Made by a program: the position numbers and the translations under genes. A stretch of 64,000 nt of DNA from an uncultured Gemmatimonadales bacterium. Its GTDB lineage: Bacteria; Gemmatimonadota; Gemmatimonadetes; Gemmatimonadales; Gemmatimonadaceae. Location: contig CAWKNZ010000007.1 in the NCBI GenBank assembly GCA_963851265.1, forward strand, positions 672,001-736,000, given 5' to 3'. Below, in pieces: positions 1 to 9,222 of this stretch (the stretch's first letter is position 1; the number at the start of each line of letters is the position of its first letter). Under the pieces are notes generated by a model. It had not been told where the DNA came from, did not search any database, and was given only the letters and a program-made list of their open reading frames with translations.

Positions 1-806
1 TGCAGCACGTCGGCGTCGGTGGCCCGCGCGATCCCGGCGGCGTCCGCGCCGACGACGAGCTGCGTGACCTGCCCTGCGGGCGCGAAGCGCGGCACGTGGT
101 CCCACCGCGCGCGCCGCGCGGTCGTCAGCGGCCCGCCCCATCGCGCGCCGCGGGCGCGCTCGGTCTCGTACGCGTCGGCAATGCCGTCGCGCAGTTGAGT
201 CATCGCGGCGCGCATCGTCGCGTGCGTGCGACCGGGCGCGAGCGCGTCGAGATCGGCCTGCCGCGCGAGCTCGACGTTCACGCTCACCCGATCGGCCCAC
301 CGACCGGCCTCGTCGATCAGCTCCGGGCTCGCCTCGGGGATGACCTTGAGGTGAACGTACCCCGCGAACTGGTGCGCGCGGCGCAGCGTGCGTGCGACGG
401 CGACCAGCCGCTCCATCGTCGCATCGGCGCTGCCGTCGACGGCCGCGCTCAGAAACAGGCCGTCGACCAACCCCCGCCGATGATAGTCGAGCGTGAGGCG
501 GACGACCTCGTGCACCTCGAGACGCGCACGCTCGGTGTCCGCCGACCGGCGGAGCGGGCAGTATGCGCAGTCGTGGATGCAGTGGTTGCTGAGGAGGAGC
601 TTGAGAAGCGGGATGCGGCGCCCGTCGGCCGCGACGGCGTGGTAGATCGCCGCTGGCTCCACGTCGGACGCCACCAGGGACGGCAGCGGCCGCCGGGAGC
701 CGGAGGCCGCCGCACCGGTCCGCGCGGCGCACGGAGCGTCGAAGCGCGCCGCGTCGGCAAGGACGGTGAGGCGCCGACGGACGGGGAGCGGGGCGGAGCT
801 GCGCAC
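1..806 (-). CDS. Putative DNA modification/repair radical SAM protein (TIGR03916-like); 3' end lies outside the window
   Basis: Not in the ORF track. Manual translation from GTG at 806 gives ...RLTVLADAARFDAPC...DGRRIPLLKLLLSNHCIHDCAYC...GLVDGLFLS...FAGYVHLKVIP...ADRVSVNVEL, which has the CxxxCxxC motif and the family's signature blocks. Confidence 0.85.
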   Translation of the reverse strand, partial: MRSSAPLPVRRRLTVLADAARFDAPCAARTGAAASGSRRPLPSLVASDVEPAAIYHAVAADGRRIPLLKLLLSNHCIHDCAYCPLRRSADTERARLEVHEVVRLTLDYHRRGLVDGLFLSAAVDGSADATMERLVAVARTLRRAHQFAGYVHLKVIPEASPELIDEAGRWADRVSVNVELARQADLDALAPGRTHATMRAAMTQLRDGIADAYETERARGARWGGPLTTARRARWDHVPRFAPAGQVTQLVVGADAAGIARATDADVL

Positions 807-809
807 CCC

Positions 810-824
810 GAATATACCCCGAAC
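810..824 (-). promoter_or_regulatory. Candidate LexA-type box GTTC-N7-ATTC overlapping a -10-like TATATT
   Basis: Minus strand reads GTTCGGGGTATATTCGGGGTG(start), directly upstream of a repair-associated gene. Confidence 0.4.
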
Positions 825-919
825 GTGAAGCCCGGTTCTCGCCCGAAGAGGGCCGTCGGCGCCCTACGGACCGCGTTCGACGTCGGGAGCGCTCCGACGG
901 GAGCGCCCCCGTGCGCGGT

Positions 920-1522
920 TCAGCCGCCGCTCACCCGGTACACGACCTCGAGCAGCATCACGCCGAGAATTCCCATCCCGACCGCACGCCAACTCACTCC
1001 GCCTACGCGCCCGAGCAGCGGGAGCGCCGCGTCGGCCGAGGGCGACCGCGGCACGACGACCTTGATGGCCGCCTGCGCACGCCGGAACAGGAGGTAGTTG
1101 GCCGTCCCGCCCGCGAGGATGGCGAGCGAGAGGAGGATGCCCATGATGAGCAGCGTCGGCTCGGGCGCGAGCACGGTCACCGGCCGCCCACCGACGATCG
1201 GGTTCGGCACCGTCTGGGTCGGCACCTCGGCGCTTCCCCACAGCAGCCCGAACACCACGCTCGGCGCGAACAGGAAGAACGCGAAGGGGACGTACAGCTT
1301 GCGGTAGAGGAACCACACCGGCACGAGCGGAAACACGAGCGCTGCGGCCCAGTTCCACGTGGGCACGAACTGCGGGTCGTCGAAGAAGGGCGTGAACTTG
1401 CGGCGGTAGGTGGCCCAGCGCGGACCGACGAAGGCCGCGAGCTGCTGGTCGCTGGGCGAGCCGGGTGGCGGGCCGCCACGCGTCGGGCGGGTGGCCCACG
1501 AAGGGAGCGGAGGAACGGTCAC
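920..1522 (-). CDS. DUF2628-family membrane protein
   Basis: LAAFVGP..TYRRKF, TWNWAA..WFLYRKLY and ANYLL blocks; several TM segments. Confidence 0.75.
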   Translation of the reverse strand: MTVPPLPSWATRPTRGGPPPGSPSDQQLAAFVGPRWATYRRKFTPFFDDPQFVPTWNWAAALVFPLVPVWFLYRKLYVPFAFFLFAPSVVFGLLWGSAEVPTQTVPNPIVGGRPVTVLAPEPTLLIMGILLSLAILAGGTANYLLFRRAQAAIKVVVPRSPSADAALPLLGRVGGVSWRAVGMGILGVMLLEVVYRVSGG

Positions 1523-1531
1523 AGTGGGAAA

Positions 1532-2716
1532 CTACCGAGTCCGGGACGCAGACTGGGCCGCGGGCTGCTGCTGCGTGAGGCAGTGCAGGGTGCCGAGGCC
1601 CCAGACGAGGTCGACGGCGTGGATGCCGACCACCTGGCGGTCTGGCATCAGCTCGGCCAGGATGTTGAGCGCGCGCCGGTCGTTGGGGTCGTTGAAGGTG
1701 GGCACGAGCACCACCCCGTTGGCCACGTAGAAATTGGCGTAGCTGGCCGGCAGCCGCTCGCCGCGCATCACCACGGGACGCGGGAAGGGGAGCGTGACGA
1801 CGCGCAGCGCGCCGCGGTCGCCGCCCGCACGCTGCAGCCGGCGCAGGTTGTCGAGCGAGCGGCGGTGGTTCTCGTCGGCGGGATCCTCTTCGTGCGCGAG
1901 CACGACCACCCCGGGCGCGACGAAGCGCGCGACGTCGTCGATGTGGCCGTGCGTGTCGTCGCCCACGCACCCCTCGCCGAGCCAGAGCGTCTGACGCACG
2001 CCGAGCCAGTCGCGGAAGACGCGCTCGTAGTCGTCGCGGCCGAGGCCCGGATTGCGGACCTGCACGTCGCTCAGCAGCCATTCCTCGGTGACGAGCATCA
2101 GTCCCTGCCCGTCGACCTCGATCCCGCCGCCCTCGAGTACGAGGCGGGCGTCGGGCGCGTCGGGGCGCGCGGGGGCGAGACGGGGCACGCCGCTGATCTC
2201 GGCGAAGGTCTCGGCCACGCGCGCGTCGAGCTGGTAGTTGTCGTACTTCGCCCAGGCGTTGAATTCCCAGTCGAGCCAGAGCGGGGTGCCGTCGGCGCGG
2301 AGCACGCCGGTGGGGCCCGAGTCGCGCACCCACACGCGGTCGTTGCGCGTCACGTGCAGCCGGTAGCCGTCGGGCGACACCGCGTGCGCGTCTAGCGCGT
2401 CGCGCGCGGCCGCGCGCACCGCCTCGTCGTGGCAGAGGATCTCGACGCGCTCGTGCGCGTGCAGGGCGCGCACGATCTCGGCGTACACCCACGGGATCGG
2501 CCCCAACTTGCCGGGCCAGTCGGGCTCGTGGTGCGGCCAGGCGAGCCAGGTCGCCGCATGCGGCTCCCACTCGGCCGGCATGCGCAGCGGCTCGACCGGG
2601 GAGGGGGCGAGGAGCGCCTCGGGGACCGGGGGGAAGTCGCGCGCGCTCGCGGGGGTGCGGGCGCGCGTGGGGCCCAGCTCGCCGTCGCCGAGGTCGCCGC
2701 GCAGGGGGCCGGTCAT
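1532..2716 (-). CDS. aguA: Agmatine deiminase (PAD_porph family)
   Basis: RMPAEWEPH, WVRDSGP, LEGGGIEVDG, DDTHGHID, SYANFY and GTLHCLTQQQP motifs. Confidence 0.93.
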   Translation of the reverse strand: MTGPLRGDLGDGELGPTRARTPASARDFPPVPEALLAPSPVEPLRMPAEWEPHAATWLAWPHHEPDWPGKLGPIPWVYAEIVRALHAHERVEILCHDEAVRAAARDALDAHAVSPDGYRLHVTRNDRVWVRDSGPTGVLRADGTPLWLDWEFNAWAKYDNYQLDARVAETFAEISGVPRLAPARPDAPDARLVLEGGGIEVDGQGLMLVTEEWLLSDVQVRNPGLGRDDYERVFRDWLGVRQTLWLGEGCVGDDTHGHIDDVARFVAPGVVVLAHEEDPADENHRRSLDNLRRLQRAGGDRGALRVVTLPFPRPVVMRGERLPASYANFYVANGVVLVPTFNDPNDRRALNILAELMPDRQVVGIHAVDLVWGLGTLHCLTQQQPAAQSASRTR

Positions 2717-2719
2717 CGC

Positions 2720-3655
2720 CTAACGCGGCGCTCCCGCGCCGAGCCACCGGTTAAGGATCGGCTTGTACGCGTCCACGCGCCGGTCGCGCAGGAACGGCCA
2801 GTTGCGCCGCACCTCCTCCTGCAGCCGCGGGTCGCACGTGTGCACCAGGACGGCCTCCTCGGTGCCCGCCTCCGCGACCACGCGCCCGAACGGGTCGGCG
2901 ATGAACGAGTGGCCGAAGAACTCGAGTCCGTTGGTCCCCGGCTCGTCCTCGTGCCCGACGCGGTTGGGCGACGCCGTCCACACGCCGTTGGCGATCGCGT
3001 GCGCGCGCTGCGCCGTGCGCCACGCCTCGACCTGCGCCTGCCCCCACTCGTCCTTCTCGGCCGGGTGCCAGCCGATGGCCGTCGGGTAGAAGAGCACGTC
3101 CGCGCCTAACAGCGCGGTGATGCGCGCCGCCTCCGGGTACCACTGGTCCCAGCAGACGAGGACGCCGACGGTCGCGTAGCGCGTCTTCCAGACCATGAAG
3201 CCGTTGGCGCGGCCCGGCTGCTCGCCGTGGTAGTCGAGGTGCGCGTCGCCCGGCGTGAAGTAGTACTTCTCCTCGAACATCGGGTCGTGCGGGATGTGCA
3301 TCTTGTCGTACACGCCGAGCAGCGAGCCGTCGGCGTCGATCACGACCGCCGAGTTCATGTAGAGGCCCGCGGCGCGCCGCACGAACAGCGGCACGATGAT
3401 CACCACGGCCAGCTCCCGCGCGAGCGCCTGGAAGCGGTCGGTCGTCGGCCCCGGCACCGGCTCGGCCAGGTCGAAGTGCTCGACCTTCGTCGACTTGGCG
3501 AAGTAGGGCGTGTTGAAGAGTTCCTTGAGGCAGATGATCTGCGCGCCGCGGCGCGCCGCCTCGCGGACGAGGGCCTCAGCACGCGCGACGTTCGCCGGGG
3601 CGTCGTCGCTCGCGTGGTCCTGGATGATGCCGATGGTGAACGGGTCGCGGCGCAT
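2720..3655 (-). CDS. aguB: Carbon-nitrogen hydrolase, N-carbamoylputrescine amidase-like
   Basis: Nitrilase triad E (LKELF), K (DKMHIP), C (VCWDQWYPE); adjacent to aguA; ATG at 3655. Confidence 0.85.
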   Translation of the reverse strand: MRRDPFTIGIIQDHASDDAPANVARAEALVREAARRGAQIICLKELFNTPYFAKSTKVEHFDLAEPVPGPTTDRFQALARELAVVIIVPLFVRRAAGLYMNSAVVIDADGSLLGVYDKMHIPHDPMFEEKYYFTPGDAHLDYHGEQPGRANGFMVWKTRYATVGVLVCWDQWYPEAARITALLGADVLFYPTAIGWHPAEKDEWGQAQVEAWRTAQRAHAIANGVWTASPNRVGHEDEPGTNGLEFFGHSFIADPFGRVVAEAGTEEAVLVHTCDPRLQEEVRRNWPFLRDRRVDAYKPILNRWLGAGAPR

Positions 3656-3798
3656 GGCGGGCAATGTAGCCCCCATCGGTAACGCGGGACCGCGCGGCCC
3701 CGCGTCCGGACGCCCGGCCGCGCGGACACCCGGGCAACGCTTAACGCCCGCGCCGCCAGGGCGTCGAACGCGCGGTACACACCTTCCGGACTCCGCGC

Positions 3799-4473
3799 AT
3801 GCCCCGTCGCCTCTCCTCCCGCTTCGCGCCTCGCCAACTCGCGTTCGGCGCCGTCTCGCTCGCCGTTCTCGCGGGCTGCGCGCAACGGCCGGAGGCCCCA
3901 CCCGCAAGCGCCGACACCGCGCTGAACAACGACCTCGCACTCGCCGGGCAGCAGCAGCGCGCGACGCAGGTGGTCTCACCCCAGGAGCTGACCGCCGCGC
4001 CGGCACGCGCACCGGAGCCGGCGCGGCGGCCGGAACGCACGCGCGTGATCGAACACGTGATCTACCGGACCGCGCCCGCCGCACCCGCCGCGTATGCCTC
4101 GCCGAGCTATGCGGCCGCCGCCCCGGCGCCCGTGGAGCGGCCCACGTACACGCCGTACCCGCCGCCGCGGCGCGAAGAGACCTACGGCGGCGGCTACGGG
4201 GGCAACGGTGGCTACGGCGGTGGCTACGGGAACGGCAACTACGGCCGCGGAGGGTACGGCAACGGCGGGACTTACGGCGCGGCCCCACGCCCGGTCTACC
4301 GCCCGCCGCAGGGTCACGCACAGCGCGACGGCGCGATCGGCGCCGTGGCCGGCGCGATGGTCGGCGTCGCGGCCAGCCACCGCAAGGATCGGCTCCGCGG
4401 CGGCCTGATCGGCGCCGTCGCCGGTGGGGCGCTCGGCGCGATCTACGGCCACTCGGTCGACCGCACGCCGTAA
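3799..4473 (+). CDS. Lipoprotein with C-terminal glycine zipper (paralog 1)
   Basis: Lipobox LAGC; Pro/Ala and Gly/Tyr/Asn low-complexity middle; GAIGAVAGAMVG...GGLIGAVAGGALGAIYG. Confidence 0.8.
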   Translation: MPRRLSSRFAPRQLAFGAVSLAVLAGCAQRPEAPPASADTALNNDLALAGQQQRATQVVSPQELTAAPARAPEPARRPERTRVIEHVIYRTAPAAPAAYASPSYAAAAPAPVERPTYTPYPPPRREETYGGGYGGNGGYGGGYGNGNYGRGGYGNGGTYGAAPRPVYRPPQGHAQRDGAIGAVAGAMVGVAASHRKDRLRGGLIGAVAGGALGAIYGHSVDRTP

Positions 4474-4597
4474 CGCGTTCGCGGCGACCGGGCGCCGCAG
4501 TAGGTCGGGCACACGGGGGAACGTTTTGGCGTCATCTGTTTATCAAGTGACGAATCATTAACGGTCGACCCGTCCGCCCACCTTCGGAGGAGTCCCG

Positions 4598-5386
4598 ATG
4601 CGCCGTGCCATGCGCGCCCTATGCCCCGCGCTCTCCGTCGCGGCGCTCTCGTTTGCCGGAGCCTGCGCGCGACGTCCGATCGCGGCCGACACGGGGCTCA
4701 ATAAGGACTTCGCGCTCGCCGATCAGATGCAGCGGCAGAATGCGCCCGCGCTCGTCGCGGCGCCCGAGCTGGCGCCCGTGCCCGATTCGGCGCCCGTCCG
4801 ACCGGCGCAGATGCGACGTCCGATGGTGGTCACGCGCGTCGTCACGCGCACGATCACCGTCGTGCGCCCGCCCGCTCGCTCCGACGCCGGGACGGCGTAC
4901 AACGTGGAGGGTGCGGTTCCGGCGTCGCACGACGTTCGGACGTCCGGCGGGGCGATGGGCGGCGACGTGGTCGCGAGCGGAGCGGAGCGTCGGGGCGCGC
5001 GCCGAGATGCGGAAGCGACGGGCTCGTACGGCGTCGACGTGCCCGCGTCGGATGCGGGCACGTATGCCGGCGCGACGTCGGCGGGCGCGAACGCGGGTAC
5101 CGTCGTGTCTCCGACGAGCGCGCCGGACGGCGAGTACGGTTCGAACGTGCCGGTTTCGCGGCAGCCGCAGGCGCACGCGGCACGCGACGGCGTGTTCGGG
5201 TCGCTCGCCGGCGCGATCCTCGGAGCCGCCGCGAGTGGGCGTGGCAATCGCGTGCGCGGCGGTCTCATCGGCGCGGTGGCCGGCGGGGCGCTCGGCGCGA
5301 TCTACGGCGGGGCGGTCGACCGCACGACCTCGGGATACGGTTACGGATCGGCGTATCGGAGCCCTCGAGCGTACCGGACGTACTGA
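4598..5386 (+). CDS. Lipoprotein with C-terminal glycine zipper (paralog 2)
   Basis: RBS GGAGG; lipobox-like AGAC; shares RGGLIGAVAGGALGAIYG with paralog 1. Confidence 0.8.
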   Translation: MRRAMRALCPALSVAALSFAGACARRPIAADTGLNKDFALADQMQRQNAPALVAAPELAPVPDSAPVRPAQMRRPMVVTRVVTRTITVVRPPARSDAGTAYNVEGAVPASHDVRTSGGAMGGDVVASGAERRGARRDAEATGSYGVDVPASDAGTYAGATSAGANAGTVVSPTSAPDGEYGSNVPVSRQPQAHAARDGVFGSLAGAILGAAASGRGNRVRGGLIGAVAGGALGAIYGGAVDRTTSGYGYGSAYRSPRAYRTY

Positions 5387-5410
5387 GGCCGACCGCCTGG
5401 CGCCGTCGCC

Positions 5411-5444
5411 CTAGTGGTCCGAATCCGAAGTTCGCCGCCAGTTC
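5411..5444 (+). repeat. Left terminal inverted repeat (including CTAG)
   Basis: CTAGTGGTCCGAATCCGAAGTTCGCCGCCAGTTC. Confidence 0.9.
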
Positions 5445-5693
5445 TTCCGCACCCGTGCCGCTGTGTCGCGGCCGACTACACGGGCGGAGCACGTCGGACA
5501 CACGCGCGCCGCACGACGCCGCCCCGTGACGTGGGCGAGCGCCGCGGTGCCCTGCCGAGCGCCCGCCCCGCGCTTACGCCCGGGACCCGGCCCGCAGCAG
5601 TCCTGCTGCTTGCGTGCCGGAGCTGACGGTGGTACCGTGGCGCACCCCGCTTCCCGGGCAAGCCACGGCTTCGGGCGCAGGCGCCGTCCCTTG

Positions 5694-6689
5694 ATGGTGT
5701 ACCCAGTCCCCCCGCCCGTGCCCGCCGTCCGTCTGTCCCGCGCGCGCGCCCACGTCGCGCTCGCCCCCCTCGCGGCCGTCGCGCTCGCGGCCGCCCCGCT
5801 CGCCTCGCACGCCCAAGGCTACACGTACACCTCGTTCAACGCGCCTGGGGCGCGGGAATTCACCGCTGGCAGCGGCATCAACGACGCCGGGCAGATTGTC
5901 GGGAACTACGACGGCGGCACGGGCAGCTTCCTCTACAGCGCGGGGACATTCAGCCCCGTCACCGCGCCCGGGGCGAGCTACACCTTCGCTACCGGCATCA
6001 ACGCGGCCGGGCAGATCGTCGGGTACTATGACGACGCGTCGTACCACACTCACGGCTTCCTCGACAACGCCGGGACGTTCAGCACCTTCGACGTGCCCGG
6101 GGCGAGCTACACCTTCGCCACCGGCATCAATGCGGCCGGGCAGATCGTCGGGTCCTACACCGACGCCACGGGCAACGATCACGGCTTCCTCGACAACGCC
6201 GGGACGTTCAGCACCTTCGACGTGCCCGGCGCGACGCGCGGCACCTACGCCTCTGCCATGAACGCGGCCGGGGAGATCGTCGGGTACTACCACGACGCCT
6301 CGGGCTACCACGCCTTCCTCGACAACGCCGGGACGTTCACCACCCTCGGCGCGCCCGGGGCGACCAACACCTACGCCTACGGCATCAACGCGGCCGGGCA
6401 GATCGTCGGGTCCTACACCGACGCCACGGGCACCCACGGCTTCCTCGACAACGCCGGGACGTTCACCACCCTCGACGCGCTCGGGGCATCCTCGACGCAA
6501 GCCTACGGAATCAACACAGCCGGGCAGATCGTCGGAACCTACTACTTGCCCTCGTCGTACCCCGGCCACGGTTTCGAGGCCACCCCGAACGTGCCCGCGA
6601 CGACGACGCCCGAGCCTGCCATACTCGCGCTCGTCGGCGCGGGGCTGCTCGCCGTCGGCGGCCTGGCCCGGCGCTCGCGCATCGGCTGA
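5694..6689 (+). CDS. PEP-CTERM-sorted surface protein with six HAF-like repeats (probable beta-propeller)
   Basis: Signal peptide ending ASHA-Q; six GINxAGQIVG-type repeats; C-terminus TTTPEPAILALVGAGLLAVGGLARRSRIG. Start could be GTG at 5718. Confidence 0.88.
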   Translation: MVYPVPPPVPAVRLSRARAHVALAPLAAVALAAAPLASHAQGYTYTSFNAPGAREFTAGSGINDAGQIVGNYDGGTGSFLYSAGTFSPVTAPGASYTFATGINAAGQIVGYYDDASYHTHGFLDNAGTFSTFDVPGASYTFATGINAAGQIVGSYTDATGNDHGFLDNAGTFSTFDVPGATRGTYASAMNAAGEIVGYYHDASGYHAFLDNAGTFTTLGAPGATNTYAYGINAAGQIVGSYTDATGTHGFLDNAGTFTTLDALGASSTQAYGINTAGQIVGTYYLPSSYPGHGFEATPNVPATTTPEPAILALVGAGLLAVGGLARRSRIG

Positions 6690-6877
6690 GCGCCGGCAGA
6701 ACGTCGAAGGACCGAGTGGACGAGGGCGCATCGGCGTCCCCGTTCGGGGTCACGGGCGCCACTGCCCGTCTGCGAGGGCACACGGCGGTCGGCGGTGTGG
6801 CAATGGCGTGCGCGGGGGCTGCTTCCGACGTTCGTGGCCCGTGCGGCGGGGCGAGGCGCGACGGCGGCCGAACGCAC

Positions 6878-6911
6878 GAACTGGCCGCGATCTTCGGATT
6901 CAGACCACTAG
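6878..6911 (-). repeat. Right terminal inverted repeat (including CTAG)
   Basis: Reverse complement is CTAGTGGTCTGAATCCGAAGATCGCGGCCAGTTC. Confidence 0.9.
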
Positions 6912-8260
6912 CTCGTCCTGATCGCGACGACCACGTCCGCGACGTTCGTTCCGGTCGGAGCCGCGGGCAGCAGCGCGCCGGCCGCCCCGAGCGCGTCGGA
7001 GCTGCGGTGCGCGGCGAGGTCGGCGTCCGGGTCGCGGCCCGCCGCGCGCACACGCGCCCAGGTCGCGCCGTCGACCACCGCACCGGCCGCGTCGGTCGGG
7101 CCGTCGCGCCCGTCCGTGCCGGCGGCGAGCAGCGTCACCTCGCTCGCGTGCGGCGCGGCCGCATGGAGCGTGGCGGCGGCCGCGAGCGCGAATTCCTGCA
7201 TTCGACCGCCGCGAGCGTCCGGGGCTCCGCCGAGCGTGACGACCGGCTCGCCGCCCCAGACGTGCACCGTGTCGGGGGGACTCTCGAGCAGCACACCGGC
7301 GAGCGATCTGCCGAGCACGGCCGCCTCGCCCGCGAGCCAGTCGGCGTGGTCGATGACGGCATAGCCTAACGCGCGCGCCGCATCGGCCGCCGCGGCCCGG
7401 GCGTCGGCGTTGGCGCGCACGATCTGCAGCCGGACGCCCGCGAACGCCGGGTCGCCCGGCTTGGGCGTTTCGGCGCGCCACCTCTCGTCGGTCGCGTCGG
7501 CGACCGCCGCGACGGGCGGCGTGAGGTACCGCCGCACCGCGGGCGGGAGTGCCGGCCACACCGGGCCCGGCGCGAGCGTGTCGTGCAGCAGCGCCGCGGT
7601 CCACGGGTCGGGCGCGCACGGCCCCGAGCCGATCACGGCGGGCTCGTCGCCCGGAACGTCGCTCAGCATGAGGCAGAGGACGCGCGCGGGGGCGAGGGCC
7701 CGGGCGAGGCGCCCCGCGCCCCATCGACTCACGCGCTTGCGGACCGCGTTCACGACGTCGATCGGCACGCCGGCGCCGAGCAGGGTGCTGGACGTCGCGG
7801 CGACGTCGGCGGGCGTGAGCAGGGGGTCGACCGGCGCGCCGATCAGGCTCGACGTGCCGCCCGAGACGAGCACGAGGGCGAGGTCGAGCGGCCCGACGCG
7901 GGCAGCCGCGTCGCCGAGTGCGGCCGCGGCCGCGACCGAGCGGTCGCCGGGAATCGGATGGTCACCGACCACCACGCGCACGGCGGAGTTCGGCGGCGGG
8001 GCGTCACGGTGCGCGACCACGACGCCTCCGGCAACGTCCACGCCGCGCTCGGCGAGTGCGTCGACGGCGGCGCGGGCCATCTCGTGCGCGGCCTTGCCGA
8101 CGGCCAGCAGGTGCACGGCGTCGTCGCCCGTGAGGGCGTACGACGCGAGCGCGGCCGCGACCGCCGGGCCCGGTTGGGCGCCTGCGATCGCGGCCGCGTG
8201 GCAGGTCGAGAGGGCCGACCGTGCGCGCGACTCCGGAGAGATCGGCCGCGGGTCGGTCAC
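6908..8260 (-). CDS. Glycerate 2-kinase / hydroxypyruvate reductase family (DUF4147 + MOFRL)
   Basis: LAVGKAA, GDHPIP, LVSGGTSSL, LSDVPGD..VIGSGP, GGRMQE, GTDGRDG and TGTNVAD motifs; probable GTG at 8260. Confidence 0.9.
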   Translation of the reverse strand: MTDPRPISPESRARSALSTCHAAAIAGAQPGPAVAAALASYALTGDDAVHLLAVGKAAHEMARAAVDALAERGVDVAGGVVVAHRDAPPPNSAVRVVVGDHPIPGDRSVAAAAALGDAAARVGPLDLALVLVSGGTSSLIGAPVDPLLTPADVAATSSTLLGAGVPIDVVNAVRKRVSRWGAGRLARALAPARVLCLMLSDVPGDEPAVIGSGPCAPDPWTAALLHDTLAPGPVWPALPPAVRRYLTPPVAAVADATDERWRAETPKPGDPAFAGVRLQIVRANADARAAAADAARALGYAVIDHADWLAGEAAVLGRSLAGVLLESPPDTVHVWGGEPVVTLGGAPDARGGRMQEFALAAAATLHAAAPHASEVTLLAAGTDGRDGPTDAAGAVVDGATWARVRAAGRDPDADLAAHRSSDALGAAGALLPAAPTGTNVADVVVAIRTS

Positions 8261-8280
8261 CGCGTCGACGACCGGTCGCG

Positions 8281-8916
8281 TCAGCGCGACGCCATCATCA
8301 TCTGGTCGTGGATCTGCTTGATCCGGGCGAGATGGCGGACGACGGCCGGGCGCACCTGGTTCTGCAACATCGCCTTCTGGTCGGGGTCCGTCGCGAGCGG
8401 AATCAGGGAGGTGTCGAGCGTGTTGAGCGTGACGTCGTGCGACTCGATCTGCTGGAGCACGTACGCCTTGTCGAACTCCACGCCCTGCTTGCTCTGCAGC
8501 GAGTCGAGCGTCGGCTTCGCGTTCCGCTTGAGCTGGAGCGAGAGCGCGTTGTCCTCCTCGACCATCTTCTTCTTGTCGAGCATCGACCGGAGCTGCTGCT
8601 CGAGCATCGTGTGCTCGCTGACCATGTCGCGGGCGTACGCCTGGATCGCCGGATTCCGCGAATTCGTGAGCGCGAGGCGGCTGGGGTCGATCTCGTTGAT
8701 GTTCGAGATCGTCGCGACGGCCGCGATCTTGGCGGGGGTGAACATCTTCTCCGGCGAGTCGCCCGGGGCGAGCGTCAGCGGCGGAAGGCGATCGACGCCC
8801 CTGGAAGCCGCGGCGCCCTGCATGGCGGGCGTGGTGCCGCCGTTCTGTGCGAGCGCCGACCCTGCGGCGAGCCCGAGCGCGGAGAGAAGCGTGACGGAGG
8901 TGTTGACGAAACGCAT
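8281..8916 (-). CDS. Secreted DUF4142 (ferritin-like) protein
   Basis: Signal peptide; NINEI..SRLA, AYARDMVSEH, FDKAYVLQQIESH and RHLARIKQI. Confidence 0.85.
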   Translation of the reverse strand: MRFVNTSVTLLSALGLAAGSALAQNGGTTPAMQGAAASRGVDRLPPLTLAPGDSPEKMFTPAKIAAVATISNINEIDPSRLALTNSRNPAIQAYARDMVSEHTMLEQQLRSMLDKKKMVEEDNALSLQLKRNAKPTLDSLQSKQGVEFDKAYVLQQIESHDVTLNTLDTSLIPLATDPDQKAMLQNQVRPAVVRHLARIKQIHDQMMMASR

Positions 8917-9059
8917 GATGTAGTCCCGGAAGAAACGTTGGTTCAGTGCCTATCGAGCGATTTGCGCACGGGCTAAGGCAAAATCGGTGCACATGTTGCG
9001 CGAACGCTGCGGTTTTCTCGCATCGGCTACGGGATCTGCTCGGGGCGTCGAGCGGGACC

Positions 9060-9124
9060 GTGGTGGGCGTCCTGTGGTGGGCGTCGTGGTGGGCGTCCTG
9101 TGGTGGGCGTCCTGTGGTGGGGTC
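9060..9124. repeat. Five tandem copies of GTGGTGGGCGTC(CT)
   Basis: Units start at 9060, 9074, 9086, 9100 and 9114 (last one degenerate), in a divergent intergenic region. Confidence 0.9.
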
Positions 9125-9222
9125 ACGGCACGACGCACCGGGGTGACGGTCCCGACACGACGGAGCGGCGTCACGGCGCCGTGCAGAGGCAGGCACGGAC
9201 GGGTGCGCGCGCCCGCGACGCG

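Larger units (their letters stand above)
5411..6911. mobile_element. Non-autonomous TIR element carrying one passenger gene; CTAG at both ends
   Basis: 5411-5444 and the reverse complement of 6878-6911 match at 31/34 positions; no transposase inside. Confidence 0.8.

Noticed and set aside
5411..5450. tRNA fragment (TAGTGGT...GAATCC)
   Set aside because: No cloverleaf can be formed; the sequence is explained as a terminal inverted repeat.
5820..6585. DGR template/variable repeat pair
   Set aside because: The repeats are in-frame coding units, the differences are not adenine-specific, and there is no reverse transcriptase in the window.
6750..6800. Cobalamin riboswitch (GCCACTG)
   Set aside because: The other conserved blocks are missing and it lies downstream of a gene.
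9060..9124. CRISPR-like array
   Set aside because: 12-14-bp contiguous units with no spacers, and no cas genes.
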